Shown here: one piece after another, positions 1 through 11,720 of the stretch | Position numbering within the stretch: position 1 is the stretch's first letter | Layout: each line of letters starts with the position of its first letter | Source of the DNA: Vicugna vicugna | Lineage: Eukaryota | DNA: 64,000 nucleotides | Reading direction: 5' to 3' | NCBI GenBank assembly: GCA_013265495.1 | Contig: MU062951.1 | Location: 310,001-374,000, forward strand | Notes under the pieces: model-generated | What the model saw: only the letters and a program-made list of their open reading frames with translations | Database searches by the model: none | Told to the model about the DNA's origin: nothing | Made by a program: the position numbers and the translations under genes

Positions 1-1479
1 TCCAGGCACCACCGTGGCTAGGTCGCTAAGTAACTGTTCAGTGAAGAGAAAAACATACAAAATCTGTACATGATAAGCTACCTTTTGTGTAAAGAAGGAA
101 CAAAAAAGAATGCACATACACATCTATGTAAGAAACACAGGAGAGATGGGACAAGTGATGAGAAGTGCCACCGGGAGGGCGGAGGGCAGGTGGGGGTCAC
201 GGAGGGCAGGTGGGCGGCACGAGCCCTGGGGGTTGCATGGTTTCCGAGCCGTGTGAAGGTAAACCTCTTTGAAACAACTCCTAAGTGCTGTTTAGGGAGG
301 GCAGGTGTGAGCACACCTGCTGGGTATCAGGTAGGGCCTTGCAAGGCAGAGATGTCGAGGGGACAGTAGAAGAACTGGCCTCGGCCCAAAAGGCCGCGGG
401 AGCCACAGGGGCTCTCAAACGACTAAGGGTGTGCCCAGATCCGGGGACTAGGGGGCCTCACGGAGAGACACTGGGGCCCGCATGCCTACCCAGCAGGGGA
501 TGGACACGAGAGGCCAAGAGTAAGAGGATGAGGGCTGGATAGGCTGTTGGATGCAAGGAAAGGGGCAGCAAGGGGCACACAGAGGAAGGAGGGCCCTCAG
601 AAGTGGGACCGAGCCGTGTCTGAGGTAAGCAGGGGCCAGGAAGCCCAGAAGCGAGCAGTCAGCAGAGGTACAAACAGGAGAGCCAGAATGGCCACGCAGG
701 GCCCCCGGGGAAAGCCTGCTTGAAAGGACGGCAGGTGGCCACCTGGAACCACAGAGAAGGACCCTGCCTCTCCTCACAGCAAAATCAATTCCAGAAGGAC
801 CACAGACACAGCTGCAAGGAAAACAAGACCCAAGGAGTACGAGGAGGAGGCGGGCAGGAGCACCTGCGCAGCTGCAGCAGAGGGGGCCTTCTGAGCTCGA
901 CACACAACCCAGAAACCAAAACCATTCGACTCACTAGATTCTTCAAACATCTGCACTGTAAAAACCAAAACAAAACCTACAAAATCAGAAGGCAGATGGT
1001 CAACCAGGTAAAAACATTTACAACAAACACGACAAACAGGTCCTCATGTCAACTGTGATGGCATTGAAAAGAGCAGAATCCCATTAAAAACACCCAGGCA
1101 GAGGCTCCCTGAAAGTTCACACAAGCCAACGAGAAGCAGGACACGAGTGCGGACAGCACATGGGGCTGGACCACAGAGACAGGATGCCAGCCCCCAAGAA
1201 TGCCCATGAGGCGTCCACCACAGTGCAGAAGGCCTTAGACCCGCTATGTCAAGAAACTGCCCCGCCCCACACACCTCTGAACCGCAGAATGCAGTGCTGA
1301 CAGGTGAACTTCCAGGTGGGGCCGCGGCCATGCTCCGTGCTGCCTCACTGTCACCATTCCCAGGTGTGGGGCTCTAAGTTTTCTGCCTTTTGCTGAGCAG
1401 CAGTCCACTACATGCCTGTACCCTCACTTACATAGCCTGCTACCTGAGGGACGGGGCAGTGGGCGTGGGCCTGTGAAAG

Positions 1480-1750
1480 AGGCTGTTGTGAATGCCCTGT
1501 ACGCAGACCCTGGTGCACAGCAGGCTACACAACATGACTCAATGGATGGCACAGCTATTTCCAAGCGCTGCACCAATTTATACTCCCATCAGCAAGGGAG
1601 AAACATCCCAGCTGCTTTACAGATGACATATTCTTTCTGTCAGTCTGGTGCATGGGCAGTGGTATCTTCCCACATTCAATGTGCAGTTCTCTGGGCATTA
1701 ATTGGGTGAGATATCTTTCCAAAGACAAGTCTCCTATATTCTCTTCTAAA
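1480..1750 (-). mobile_element. Ancient L1M (LINE-1) fragment, antisense
   Basis: Degenerate L1 reverse-strand phrases (gctgttgtgaat..., caccaatttatactcccatcagcaa, gtggtatctt). Confidence 0.55.
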
Positions 1751-3689
1751 AGCAGGAGAGTTTGTGCCCCACTCAGGTCTGCAGTCCACTAGGGGCTGAT
1801 GTTTGTAGACAAAGTAGGGATCTGTGCTGGTTTTAAAATATGCCCGTAAAGTACTTGATACATCTCCCTTCAGAAGGTGGGGCCTGACTCCCCTCCCCTT
1901 GAATGTGGACTGCACTGAGTGACTGGCTTACGATGAACAGAGTACGACAGAGCGCACAGCGTGTGCCGCCCAAGGTGAGGGGGTGAGGGGCACTGCGACT
2001 TCCTCCTAGCTTTCTTTTCGGTCCCTCGCACTGGGGAAGCCAGCCCGTGTCATGAGGACTCGAGCCGGGCCCCGGGGCTGGTGAGGGAGCCCCCTCGAAA
2101 GCAGACCCTCCTGCCAGGGGAGCCTGCAGCAGGTGCATGAGTCCCAGGCAGGGCGTCAGCCACGCTGCACCCCGGAGCCCGACTCGCAGAGACTGCGAGA
2201 TTACAAATTGGTTTCAAGCCGCTGTATCTAGGGGGCAGTGTGTTGCCAGTCAGTATATGTCTAGTACAGGCCCCAAGTTCCTTCCTCGGCCACGTCTATA
2301 CCCAGCTGCCCCAGCGCCATTACGTAAAAGCGGCTTCTCCCCACTGCTCTGCAGTGCCACCCTGGCAGTAAATTAGTTCCTACAAATATGCAGGCTTCGT
2401 AACACGTCTCCCCTCTGGCGCCCCAGCCCTCTTTGGGGGCAGGGGTGCTGGCCGGCCTACTCCCTCTGGGCTTCTGGTCTCAGCTTCCTTTCTGACCCTA
2501 ATGTGAGGTCTATGTCCTTTCTCGTGGGTCTCAATTCACATCACGCTTCCTCAGCAGAACGCTCAGCAGCAGAACCATGCGAACCTGGAGCTACTCTGTG
2601 GCTGGGACACAGGAGTGAGCTTCATCCGGCTCAGGTGCACTTGCCCGGCCAAGGCTCCTGGGAGGGGGCCCGTGTGGACCACTCCACAAGGGGAGGGGTC
2701 TCCCCCCAAATCAGGGAGGTTCCAAATCTCCCTCCTCCATTTCCTTCCCCTTGCCACCCAGCTCTGAAACAAATCTACTAACTCACAGCAACGTGTCAGA
2801 AACCTCACTGGCCAAATGAAAGAAGTCAGCAGCTGGAGGTATCTGCATTTGCAAAGAGACTCCTGGGGAACTGAGGACAAAAGCCGGCCCATAGCCAGGA
2901 GGAGGAAGGACTGGGGCTTCCTTCCCAGAGGCAGGGCCACAGGCTGTAGTCAGCACTTTAGCCTGGTGCTCTGATGGGCCACAACCCCACTGCATAGATT
3001 TGGAAATTAAGGTCTGTCAAGTACAGCAGTGTCCAAACAAAACCACAAAAGTGGGCTTTGGAGGGGCCAGCGTGGTAACCCTGGGTCAGCTCTGCCTCAA
3101 AACTTCCCCACAAGGACGTGGGGCCTGGGGGCAGGCAGTGCTAAGGGCTCTGAGGGCCAGGATGCTGCCAGGAGCACAGGGCCCCAGGGCTCTGGAAGGA
3201 AGAGGCACTTAGGCTACGCAGCCTTAGAAGAGCTGTGTGGGTCTAGATGGCCAACTGAGTACATGTGTCCCCACAATGAGACCCCCACAAACCTAGGGGC
3301 ACCCAGAAGAGAGTTTATGAACAGTTTACACACTCCTGCAGGCTGATGGAAGCAGGGCGGGAGCCCCAGGGCAGAGGAGGCCTGCACAGGAGGCGTCCAG
3401 GGAACGACCCAAGGCCAGAGACACTCCAACATATGAAAAAGGGGACTTCTTCACATGTGACACACAACGCAGCAGAGTCCCGTGATCCTGAAGCCAGATC
3501 AGAACACTATTCCTCTAAGGGTACAAGGCCACTGGGGCCACTGGTGAGACACAGTCTGTGCACACAGCCCGGCTCTGCAGACAGAAAGGCTGACATCTTT
3601 CCCAACTGCCGCACTGCAGGACAGTGACAGAGGCACAGAACAGAATGTGACTCTGTCAACACGCAGGCGTAAGAATCAAGGCCTGCGCC

Positions 3690-4065
3690 ACAGAATTGAA
3701 CACTGGGGCTCAGATATTCGTCACCAGTGTCACAGCAGCATTAGTCACAATAGCTGAAAAGCAAAAACAACTCAAATGTCCATCGACAGATGAATAAATA
3801 AACTGTGGCAGATACATACAATGGAATATTCAGCCACAACAAGGAATGAAATCCTGATAAGTGCTACAAACGTATGATTTCCCCTTACATGAGGCACTTG
3901 GAATAGGTAAATTCAGAGAAAACAGAATGCTGGTTGCCAGGGGCTGGGGGAGGGGAGTAAGGAAGAAGTGTTGAATGGACAGTTTCTGCTTCAGGTGATT
4001 AAAAATTTCTGGAAATAGAAAGTGATGATAGTTGTGCAACACTCTGAATGTATTTAACGCTAAAA
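3690..4065 (+). mobile_element. L1M 3' end fragment
   Basis: aaacaactcaaatgtccatc...caatggaatattcagcc...ggttgccaggggctgggg...caacactctgaatgtatttaa followed by an A-run; typical L1MB/MC-type 3'UTR. Confidence 0.75.
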
Positions 4066-4703
4066 AAAATTAATTCAACAAGACAGACCACATGCTGAAA
4101 CGTAACACAAGATACAATAATTTTACAAGGAATGGAAGCACAGAGAATGCTCACTGACCAGTGGAATTAAACTAGAACACATCTGGAAAAACTCCCAAAT
4201 ACTGGGAAACTCTGAAGCATACTTCTAAGTAATCCACAGGCTAAGGAAGGAATCAAAATGGAAGTCAGAACCTATTTTAATCTGAATGATCATGAAAACA
4301 TAACAAATACGTGAGATACAGTCACAGCAGGGCTTTGAGGGAAACTCTACCTTTGAATGCTTACTGTAACAAGAAAGGTCAAATCAATGGACCAAAGCTT
4401 CCAACTTAGTAAGAAGCTAGAAAAAGAGGAGAAAACTCAACCCAAAGGAAGTAGAAGGAAAGACTAATAAAGACAAGAACTAGTGAAATAGACAACCGAG
4501 AAAAACACTGCAACTGAAAGCTGTTCCCTTGAAAATATCGATAAAATCAATAAAAACTCCCACTAAACAGACCAAGAGCAGCCAAAAACTACCAATTTCA
4601 TGAAAGAAAAATGGGGACTTCACTACAGATCCAACAGACAATGAAAAGGATAAAAATGGGAATGTTCTGAACAATTTATGATAATAAACTTAACAACTTA
4701 GGT

Positions 4704-4915
4704 CGGGGGTGGACAAAATATAGCCCATGGGCCAGATCAGTCCACCGTCTGTTTTTGCAAGTGAAGTTTAATTAGGAGACAGACACGCTCACTTGTTCAT
4801 GCAGCATCTATGACTGTTTTGCTACAGTAAGAGTTAAGTGGCTACAACAGAGACCACGTGAAAAGCCTAAAATATGTCCTGTTTGGCCCTCTATAGAAAA
4901 AAGTTGCCATGCTTG
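4704..4915 (+). mobile_element. MER58A-like hAT-Charlie MITE nested in L1
   Basis: Matches the recalled MER58A consensus (ggggtcggcaaa...gggccaaatc...tgtttttg...gagacc...aaagcctaaaata...ggccctttacagaaaaagtttgcc). Confidence 0.75.
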
Positions 4916-5909
4916 ACTTATGATGAATAGGCAAATTACCCAAGTGAAGCAAATTATCAAAATGGGCTCAAGAAGAAATAGAAAATCTGAACAGTGGTGT
5001 ATCTATTGGATGAATTAAATCTGCCCTTAAAATTTTTCCCACAGAGAAACTCCAAGCCCAGATGGCTCTACTGGCAAATTTAATCAGACTCTTTGAAGAT
5101 AAAGTAATACAGAATCTACAAAATGCTTTCTGACAACAGAAGAGAAAGAAACACATCACAGCTCCTTTTGTGAGACCAGTATTACCCTGACTCCAAAACC
5201 AAAGACATGACAAGAATACTACAGACTGATTTCTTCATGAACAGCTGCAAAAATCCTTTCTAAAATGTTACCCAATTGAATCCAGCAATATATAAGAAGG
5301 CTACTACATCTGACCAGGTGGTTTATTCCAGGAGTGAAAGATTGGCTTAACATTTTAAAAATCAACATAGTTTACTATTTTAAAAAATACAATCAAATCA
5401 ATAGAAACAGGAAAAGCATTTGGGAAAATTCAAAAATCCACTCATGGTTTTTAAAAAATTAGAAAACTAGGAATAGAAAGAAAATTCCTCAACCTGATAA
5501 AGGGCATCTCCAGAAACCTAGTTAAACCCTGCCTAACAGTGAACAATTGAACACTTTCTCCCCAGGACTGGCAGCAAGACAAGGATAGCTACTCTCACCA
5601 CTCCTGCTGGACACTGTACTCAAGTCCTAGCCAATGCACGAAGGCAAGAAACAAAAAGCACACAGATTAGAAAGGAAGATGTAAACCTCTTTAGCTGCAG
5701 AAGGCATACAGCAAAATATGTAGAAGATACGTAGAAAGTCTTTTAAAATCTGTATTAGGGTGACTAAAATAAATAGGTATATTTAGCAAGGTTCTGGCTA
5801 CAAGGACATGTCAAAGTCGAATTTATGTCTGCACTGGAAACAAATGACTGGAAAATGTAAAATGTTAAATACGTCATTTACAAAATTAGTATCACAAAAC
5901 ATGGAATAC

Positions 5910-6370
5910 TGTGACACCCCCTTCAAATGACAGAGTCTAACCTCTTCCGCTTGAATGTGGGTTGGACTTAGTGCCTCACTTCTGACACAATGAAGATGCA
6001 TAGCTTCAGGGACCAGGGCCCAAAAGGCAAAGCAGCCTCTCATTTGTGCTCTGGGACCTTGGCCCTGAGGACACTGGCTCTGGTGCTGACATAAGGAGTC
6101 TAGTAAAGGGCCACGGGTGGGAACCGTGTCCTCCTGAGGACAGCCGTGGGAGGGTGCCCCGGCAAGCCCACCCCACAGCCCAGCCCAGCCCTCAAATGAC
6201 CAGCCTGGCTGATCGTCCCAACTGCAACCACAGGAGACCCTGAACCGGAACACCCCAGCTAAGCCATTTTAAATTCCTGACCTACAGCAGCTATGAGATA
6301 GTAAACATATATTGTTTTAATTCAGTATATTTTAGGGTAATCGGTTATATACCAATACATAATTAATACA
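5910..6370 (+). mobile_element. MLT1-type (ERVL-MaLR) solo LTR nested in L1
   Basis: TG...CA termini; cttgaatgtgggttggactt; 3' end cagctaagcc...ttcctgacc...tgagata...gggtaat...taattaataca typical of MLT1. L1 sequence resumes on both sides. Confidence 0.7.
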
Positions 6371-8004
6371 GAGACCTAAATAAACGGAGAAATAGGTACC
6401 ATGCTCTGTATACTGTCCAAATGTCAATTCTCCTCCAGATATATCTGTAGCTTTAATACAATTGCAATCAAAATGCCAGTAAGCCTTTTTGGACAAATTG
6501 ACAAGCTAATTCTAAAATTTAGATAGAACTGCATAGTATCTTGAAGAGCCAAAAATGATCTGAAAAAGAAACATCAAGTTGGAGAATTAACACTACTCAA
6601 TCTCAAGCCTCCTTATAAAGCTACAATAGTCAAACCTGTGGGATCCTAGCAAGATCAACAAACAGACTAGAGAATCCAGAAACACCCCACACATACTGTC
6701 ATGACTTTCAACAAAGGTGTTAGGTAATACAATGCGAGCAGGCTCGTCTTCAAAAACGGGCATTGGAATGACTGGGTATCCATGGAAAACAATGAACAAT
6801 GACCCTTGACCTCTACTACACCATGAAAGAACACAAACCACGAAGAAAAAAACTGACAAACTGGACTTCATTAAAAGTGAAAGTGTCTGCTGCTCAAGAC
6901 ACTGATAAGAAAAAAGTCAAGCCACAGACTGTGAGAACGTATTTGCAACATGTTTATCTAGCCTAGGACTTGCATCCTGAATATATTAAGAATTCTGAAA
7001 GCCTGAGAAGAACAACCCATTTTTTAAGGGGAAAAGATTTGGACACGTCACAAAAGATAAATGGTCACTACAATAAGTACACGGAAAGTTGTTCAACACC
7101 AGGCGTCAGCGAGGAAAGGCCCATCAGGGCACAAGGAGTGCGAGCGTGCACCCCAAGAATGGCTAAACTGTAAAAGGGCACCAGGAGAATGCGGGGCGCC
7201 TGGGAACGAGCAGCGGTACGACCACCTTGGAAGAGTCTGGCCCTTTCTTACCAAGTTACACACACACACCTTCACACACACCCAGCATTTCTACCATCTC
7301 AACCCAAGGGAGATAAAGCACATGTCCACACAAAACCTTGTAGACAAGAATGTTCACAGCAGTTTCATTCACAACAGCCCCAAGAGGGAAAGAATGGAAG
7401 TGTCCATCCGCAGGTAGGTGCACAGATGAAACAGTGCTATGTCTACACAGCAGAATACCAGACCATTCAGCAAGAAACAGAGTAAACTACACAGACAAGC
7501 AGCAATCTGAATGTCCAAAATGGTGTGTCTGGCCAAAGAAGCCAGACACAAAAGTGTTCATTTCATGATTCCATTTATGTGAAATTTTGAAAAAAGGGAT
7601 GATGAATCTGTAGAAACAGAAAGCCACTCAGTGATTGCCTGGGGCCAGGAGGAGGGAGGGCAGACCACAAAGAGGGATGAGGGAATATTTGGGGCGACAC
7701 AAATGTTCCATGTGTAAATCATGGTAGTGTTTACAGGGTGTACATATACATCTAGCAAAACCCACTGAATTATTTCATACAGGTACATTTTATTGCATGT
7801 AAATTATGCCTCAATAAAGTTTGATGTAAAAAAATGAAAATATACAACAGCAGTTTCACCCTGGCCTCTAAACCCTGCCTGGTCGGCCCCTCCCACCCGT
7901 CTCCACACTTCCCACTCAGCACCAGCCTGCTCCCTGCCCCTGCCCTCGGCATCTGGGCTCCACATTGCAGTGGCTGGGATCAGTCAAGTTCCTCGACCTC
8001 TTTT

Positions 8005-8100
8005 CAATCAGTTTCCACATCTGTAAATGGAACAGCGGTGCCCTCTTTATAAGGTTCTTGTAAGGATCCAGTGAGTTAACACACATGCATCTTTGGTGTT
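8005..8100 (+). mobile_element. MIR SINE core
   Basis: cagtttccacatctgtaaatgg...gttcttgtaaggat...tgagttaa. Confidence 0.7.
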
Positions 8101-8105
8101 TGGCA

Positions 8106-8385
8106 CAGGGGTTGGCAGGGTATGCCCACTGTCTGCTTCTGTGGCTCACGGGCTAAAAATGGCTTTTACCTTTTTTAATGATTGGAAAAAATAAAAACAA
8201 TATTTTGTGACACATGAAAATTGTATGAAATTCAAATTTCTGGGTCTATCCATAGTTTTGTTGAAACAGCACATTACTGACGCCCTGTCTGCAGCTGCTT
8301 TTCCACAAGTTGGCAGAACAGAGACTGTGTGGCCACAAAGCCCAAAATACTTTACTCCCAGCCCATCCCAGACACACTCTGTCAT
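8106..8385 (+). mobile_element. MER58B-like hAT-Charlie element
   Basis: caggggttggca...gctaaaaatggc...aatattttgtgacacatgaaaattgtatgaaattcaaatttc...cagagactgtgtggccacaaagcccaaaata. Confidence 0.75.
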
Positions 8386-8419
8386 CCTGATCTGCCACCT
8401 TCATCATCACTCCCACTGT

Positions 8420-8600
8420 GCATGAGCTGCTCCTTTGGTCTGGAAAGTTCTTCCACCAGATCTCAGGCTAGCTCTTCCCTTCTTGTCACTGAGATCTTAA
8501 CTTAAACGTTACCTCCTGAGAAGTATTCTGCGGCTACCTTGTCACTCTCCTGTCTTTTCACCCTACTTTCATTTTTGACCCTATTGACTGTTTTCTTCCC
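8420..8600 (+). mobile_element. L2 fragment
   Basis: gctcctt...ctggaaagttcttcc...cttaacttaaacgttacctcctgagaag; resembles the L2 3' region. Confidence 0.45.
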
Positions 8601-10869
8601 TGAACCAGGTGCCTGACTTGCGGAGGCACCAGGGGAGCAGCACAGACTGAAACACAGGAGACTGTGAGCTTATGACTGAGTGGGCAGGACAGAAAAGGAT
8701 ATCCCTCTGTGGCGTGTGCGGCTGTGACACGTCTACTGCCCAGCCACCCTGAGCTCAGCCCAGAGGAAACACTGGTGGTCTGCCAGCCACGGCAACGCTC
8801 TGCCCCAAGCCTTGCCCACACAGGGAGGGACATTCAAACCTGCCCAGACAGTGAGCAAGGCTCTGCAGGAGCCCCACCCTTCATTTGAGTCCTGGAGTCC
8901 TGGAGGCTCCCAAGGGCCACCCACATCCACACCCTGCTCCTCCTTCCAAAATGGAAGGAGGTTCTAGCAGGTGGGTGGGGTTGAAACCTATAAAGCTTGC
9001 CACACAAAATCAACAATAGCCAAGGTCAAGGATTGCTCAAGGTCTCAGGGAGCCCCTGGCATGGGAACACAGGGCTGAGATTCGTCTCAGCCACACAGTG
9101 GTGCCGCCACCTGATCTCCACCTCCACCCTGCAGCCCCGTCCCTTTCCACTTTCCTGGACCTCCCCTGCCCCATCCACAACCTCCTGACTCTCTGCTGAC
9201 CCTGCCACTTAAGCCAACTCCAATCCCCCCATCTCCCACACACACCCTCTCCTCCTTATTGGAAGCTCTTTGAAGACCCGTCTGCAGGCCCTGTCTCTGC
9301 AGCCCCACCTCCCATGCACTCCTCTGTAGCACCAGTCTGCCTGATCTCTGTCACCACCAAGGAAGGATGCAGCCCAGAATCCGCCAGGGACCGTCAGGCC
9401 TCGCAGTGTTCCTGGCAAAGGAGCCCACGCCCCTCTCCATGGGGCCCTCTCCCCAGGGAATCTGTGGAACTAGACTTTCCTGTACCTCTATGTCCTTTTT
9501 CCTCAATGTGCTGTGCTGGCAAGGATTTGCCCGAGGCCGCACAGCTTGGAAATGGTGGGGGGAGGTTCCCACCCTTCCTTCCACCACCACACAGGGATTC
9601 AGTATGGTGGTGGCATGACACACATGTGGAAAGGTGATCAGGGCTGGGGTCAGGGGGCAGAGGTTGGGGGCTAGTCTGCAAAGACAGGAGTGTTATCCTG
9701 AAGTCTGTGAGGAAGATTTCAAGGAGACTTCAAGAATCAAATCTGCATATCAGACCCATCAACCCTGGCAGGTGAGAAGGATAAAGTCAAGGGGCTGAGA
9801 CAGAGCCAAGAAGATCAGTAGGAGCAAATGCTCTGAACTCAGAAGGAAATAAGGAGCCCCAGCAGCAGGCTACTGGGCAGGGGGATGGAAAGCAAGGGCC
9901 AGGATCAGGGGTATTTAGGCGGAAGTTTGGAAGGAGCCTGAAGGTGGGAAGACACTGCCAGCTAGATGTCTGGCTTTGGCCAACAGGTAGACTGTGGTAG
10001 AGGCTTTGGGCTGGGTCACCAGAGCCTCACCTGAGACTGAGTTTCCAAAACTGCATGCAGTGGAGACAAGACCCCAGCGTTGAGCCCACAGATACAAGGG
10101 CCTCCTTCCTAGCAGCCTGCCAGCTCAGGCAACCTTCTGAGGAGAGCAGAGTCTAGGATGAACCAGTGGAGAGCCTACAAGGAGGTGAGGACAGTCCTGC
10201 TAAAGCTTCCTCATCCCATTCTGAGCAAGACCTTGGGTGGAGGGTGGGGTCAGGTAGCTGGCTCAGAGCACCACACATCCCCCAACCAGGGACTCCCAGA
10301 GCCAGCCACCAGCCCCTTAGGCAATTCAGCTCCAGGGTAGGGCTACCCTCGGTACCTCTGAAGAGAATTAGGGGGCCCAGCCAGGAGCACAGAGGCCCCT
10401 TTACACCCCTTCCAGGGAAACCCAGTCCTGCCAGGGGAGCACCTGAGGGAGCAAGGACAAGGACTGAGAGGAGCAGTGTTGTGCTCCCCTCCACCTCCAC
10501 CCCCGAGGTAAGGATCCAGGAAGAAAAGGAAAGCCCAGCGCTTTGGGGAGGGCTAACTTTTCTTCAGCTTCCCTAAACCTGGAATGATTCCACACACATG
10601 TCCCCTCTCTGCACCCATGGAGATTAACCCCATAGTGGTCTCAGACTCTGCTCCAGGACAGGGAGGGGCCCCCACCAGGCATGGATACCCCCTCCCAGGC
10701 CTGGAGCACCTCGATACCAGCACAGGGCCAGGCACTTTCAACACATCAGTCACTTTTCTTGCCCTGAGATCAGTCTGTGAGCTGGAGCCCAGAATCCCCG
10801 TCACAAGTGAGGTGACTTGAACCCTTGGAAGTTTCAGGAACTTGCCCCAGAAAGGCTCTAATTTCTCCT

Positions 10870-11020
10870 CTGGCCTAACTCCAAAGTCCACACAAAGCCT
10901 GAGCAAGTCACTTCTCTGCAGGCCTCAATTTCCTCAGCTGAAAATGGAGATAATTTTATGCTGCCTACCTGACCAACAGGTTGCAAGAATGAAAACAACT
11001 CCAGTTATAGCTAGAACGCG
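10870..11020 (+). mobile_element. MIR SINE
   Basis: gagcaagtcactt...gcctcaatttcctcagctgaaaatggagataat. Confidence 0.7.
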
Positions 11021-11199
11021 GAAAGCCCTGCTGGTGGCCTTCACAGCCTACCACTTCAGAAGCCTTCCTGACCCTGACATGGGCTATCCTGGGCCTCAAC
11101 CACCTGAGCCCCAGTCGGGCCTGGAGACCTGTGCCCTGACTCTGGCCCCTCCCTGTCTCCCCTCTCCCCTGGAGCCCCGGCTTCCCCTCTCTCCCCAAG

Positions 11200-11720
11200 G
11201 CCGGCCTCCTCTCTCCGGCCCCCCTCCCCCGACCCGCGTCCGGTCCTCCGGCCCGCCGCGCCCCCACGCCCAGGGCCCGGCCTCCTCTCCCCACACCCAG
11301 CCCGGTTCTCCCCGCACCGGGGCTCGGCCTCAACTCTCCGCACCCCACCGCCACTGGCGCCCGGCCTCCTCTCCCGCCTGCAGGGCCCGGAAGTCCGCGC
11401 CTCACCTTCCGCCTCGCGCACGCAGCCACCACCCAGTCGATCGGATCCGGTCGGCGAGTCAATCGGCGCAGCTAGCCTCCCGGCGCCGCGGGGGCGGGCC
11501 CCGCGCCCGGCCCTCGCCATGGCAACGAGACACTTCCGGCCTGCAGGCCCCGAGCCGGAAGCCGCGGCGCCCGGCGGGAGCCGGGGGCGGGGCCAAGCCG
11601 CCAGGGGGCGGGGCCTGCCCGGAGCGACGGGGAGTGGCCGCAGACGGTGCGGTGTGAACGTCCGCGGCGTGGGCATCCTCGGTGCGGATGAGACCCGGCT
11701 GAGGCCGGGAGGGCAAGTAG
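11200..11720. promoter_or_regulatory. CpG-island promoter with RFX X-box-like site (11513-11526), ETS site (11531-11539) and GC boxes
   Basis: CTCGCCATGGCAAC versus consensus GTTGCCATGGCAAC; CACTTCCGG; GGGGCGGGG repeats; high CpG density. Confidence 0.75.
11406..11550 (-). other. PPP1R16A: Probable first (5'UTR) exon of PPP1R16A; the main CDS lies left of the window
   Basis: CpG island with a strong minus-strand donor AAG|GTGAGG at 11406/11405. Identity is inferred only from synteny (PPP1R16A is head-to-head with FOXH1 in human). The TSS position is approximate. Confidence 0.55.

Larger units (their letters stand above)
4080..7830 (+). mobile_element. Decayed L1M ORF2 plus 3'UTR, interrupted by MER58A and an MLT1 LTR
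   Basis: A-rich L1 ORF2 remnants (aaattggacaactta, accagtattaccctga, caacctgataaagggcatct, gacctaaataaacgg, actggacttcattaaa) with many stops. Ends with ctcaataaagttt and an A-tail at about 7830. Confidence 0.85.
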
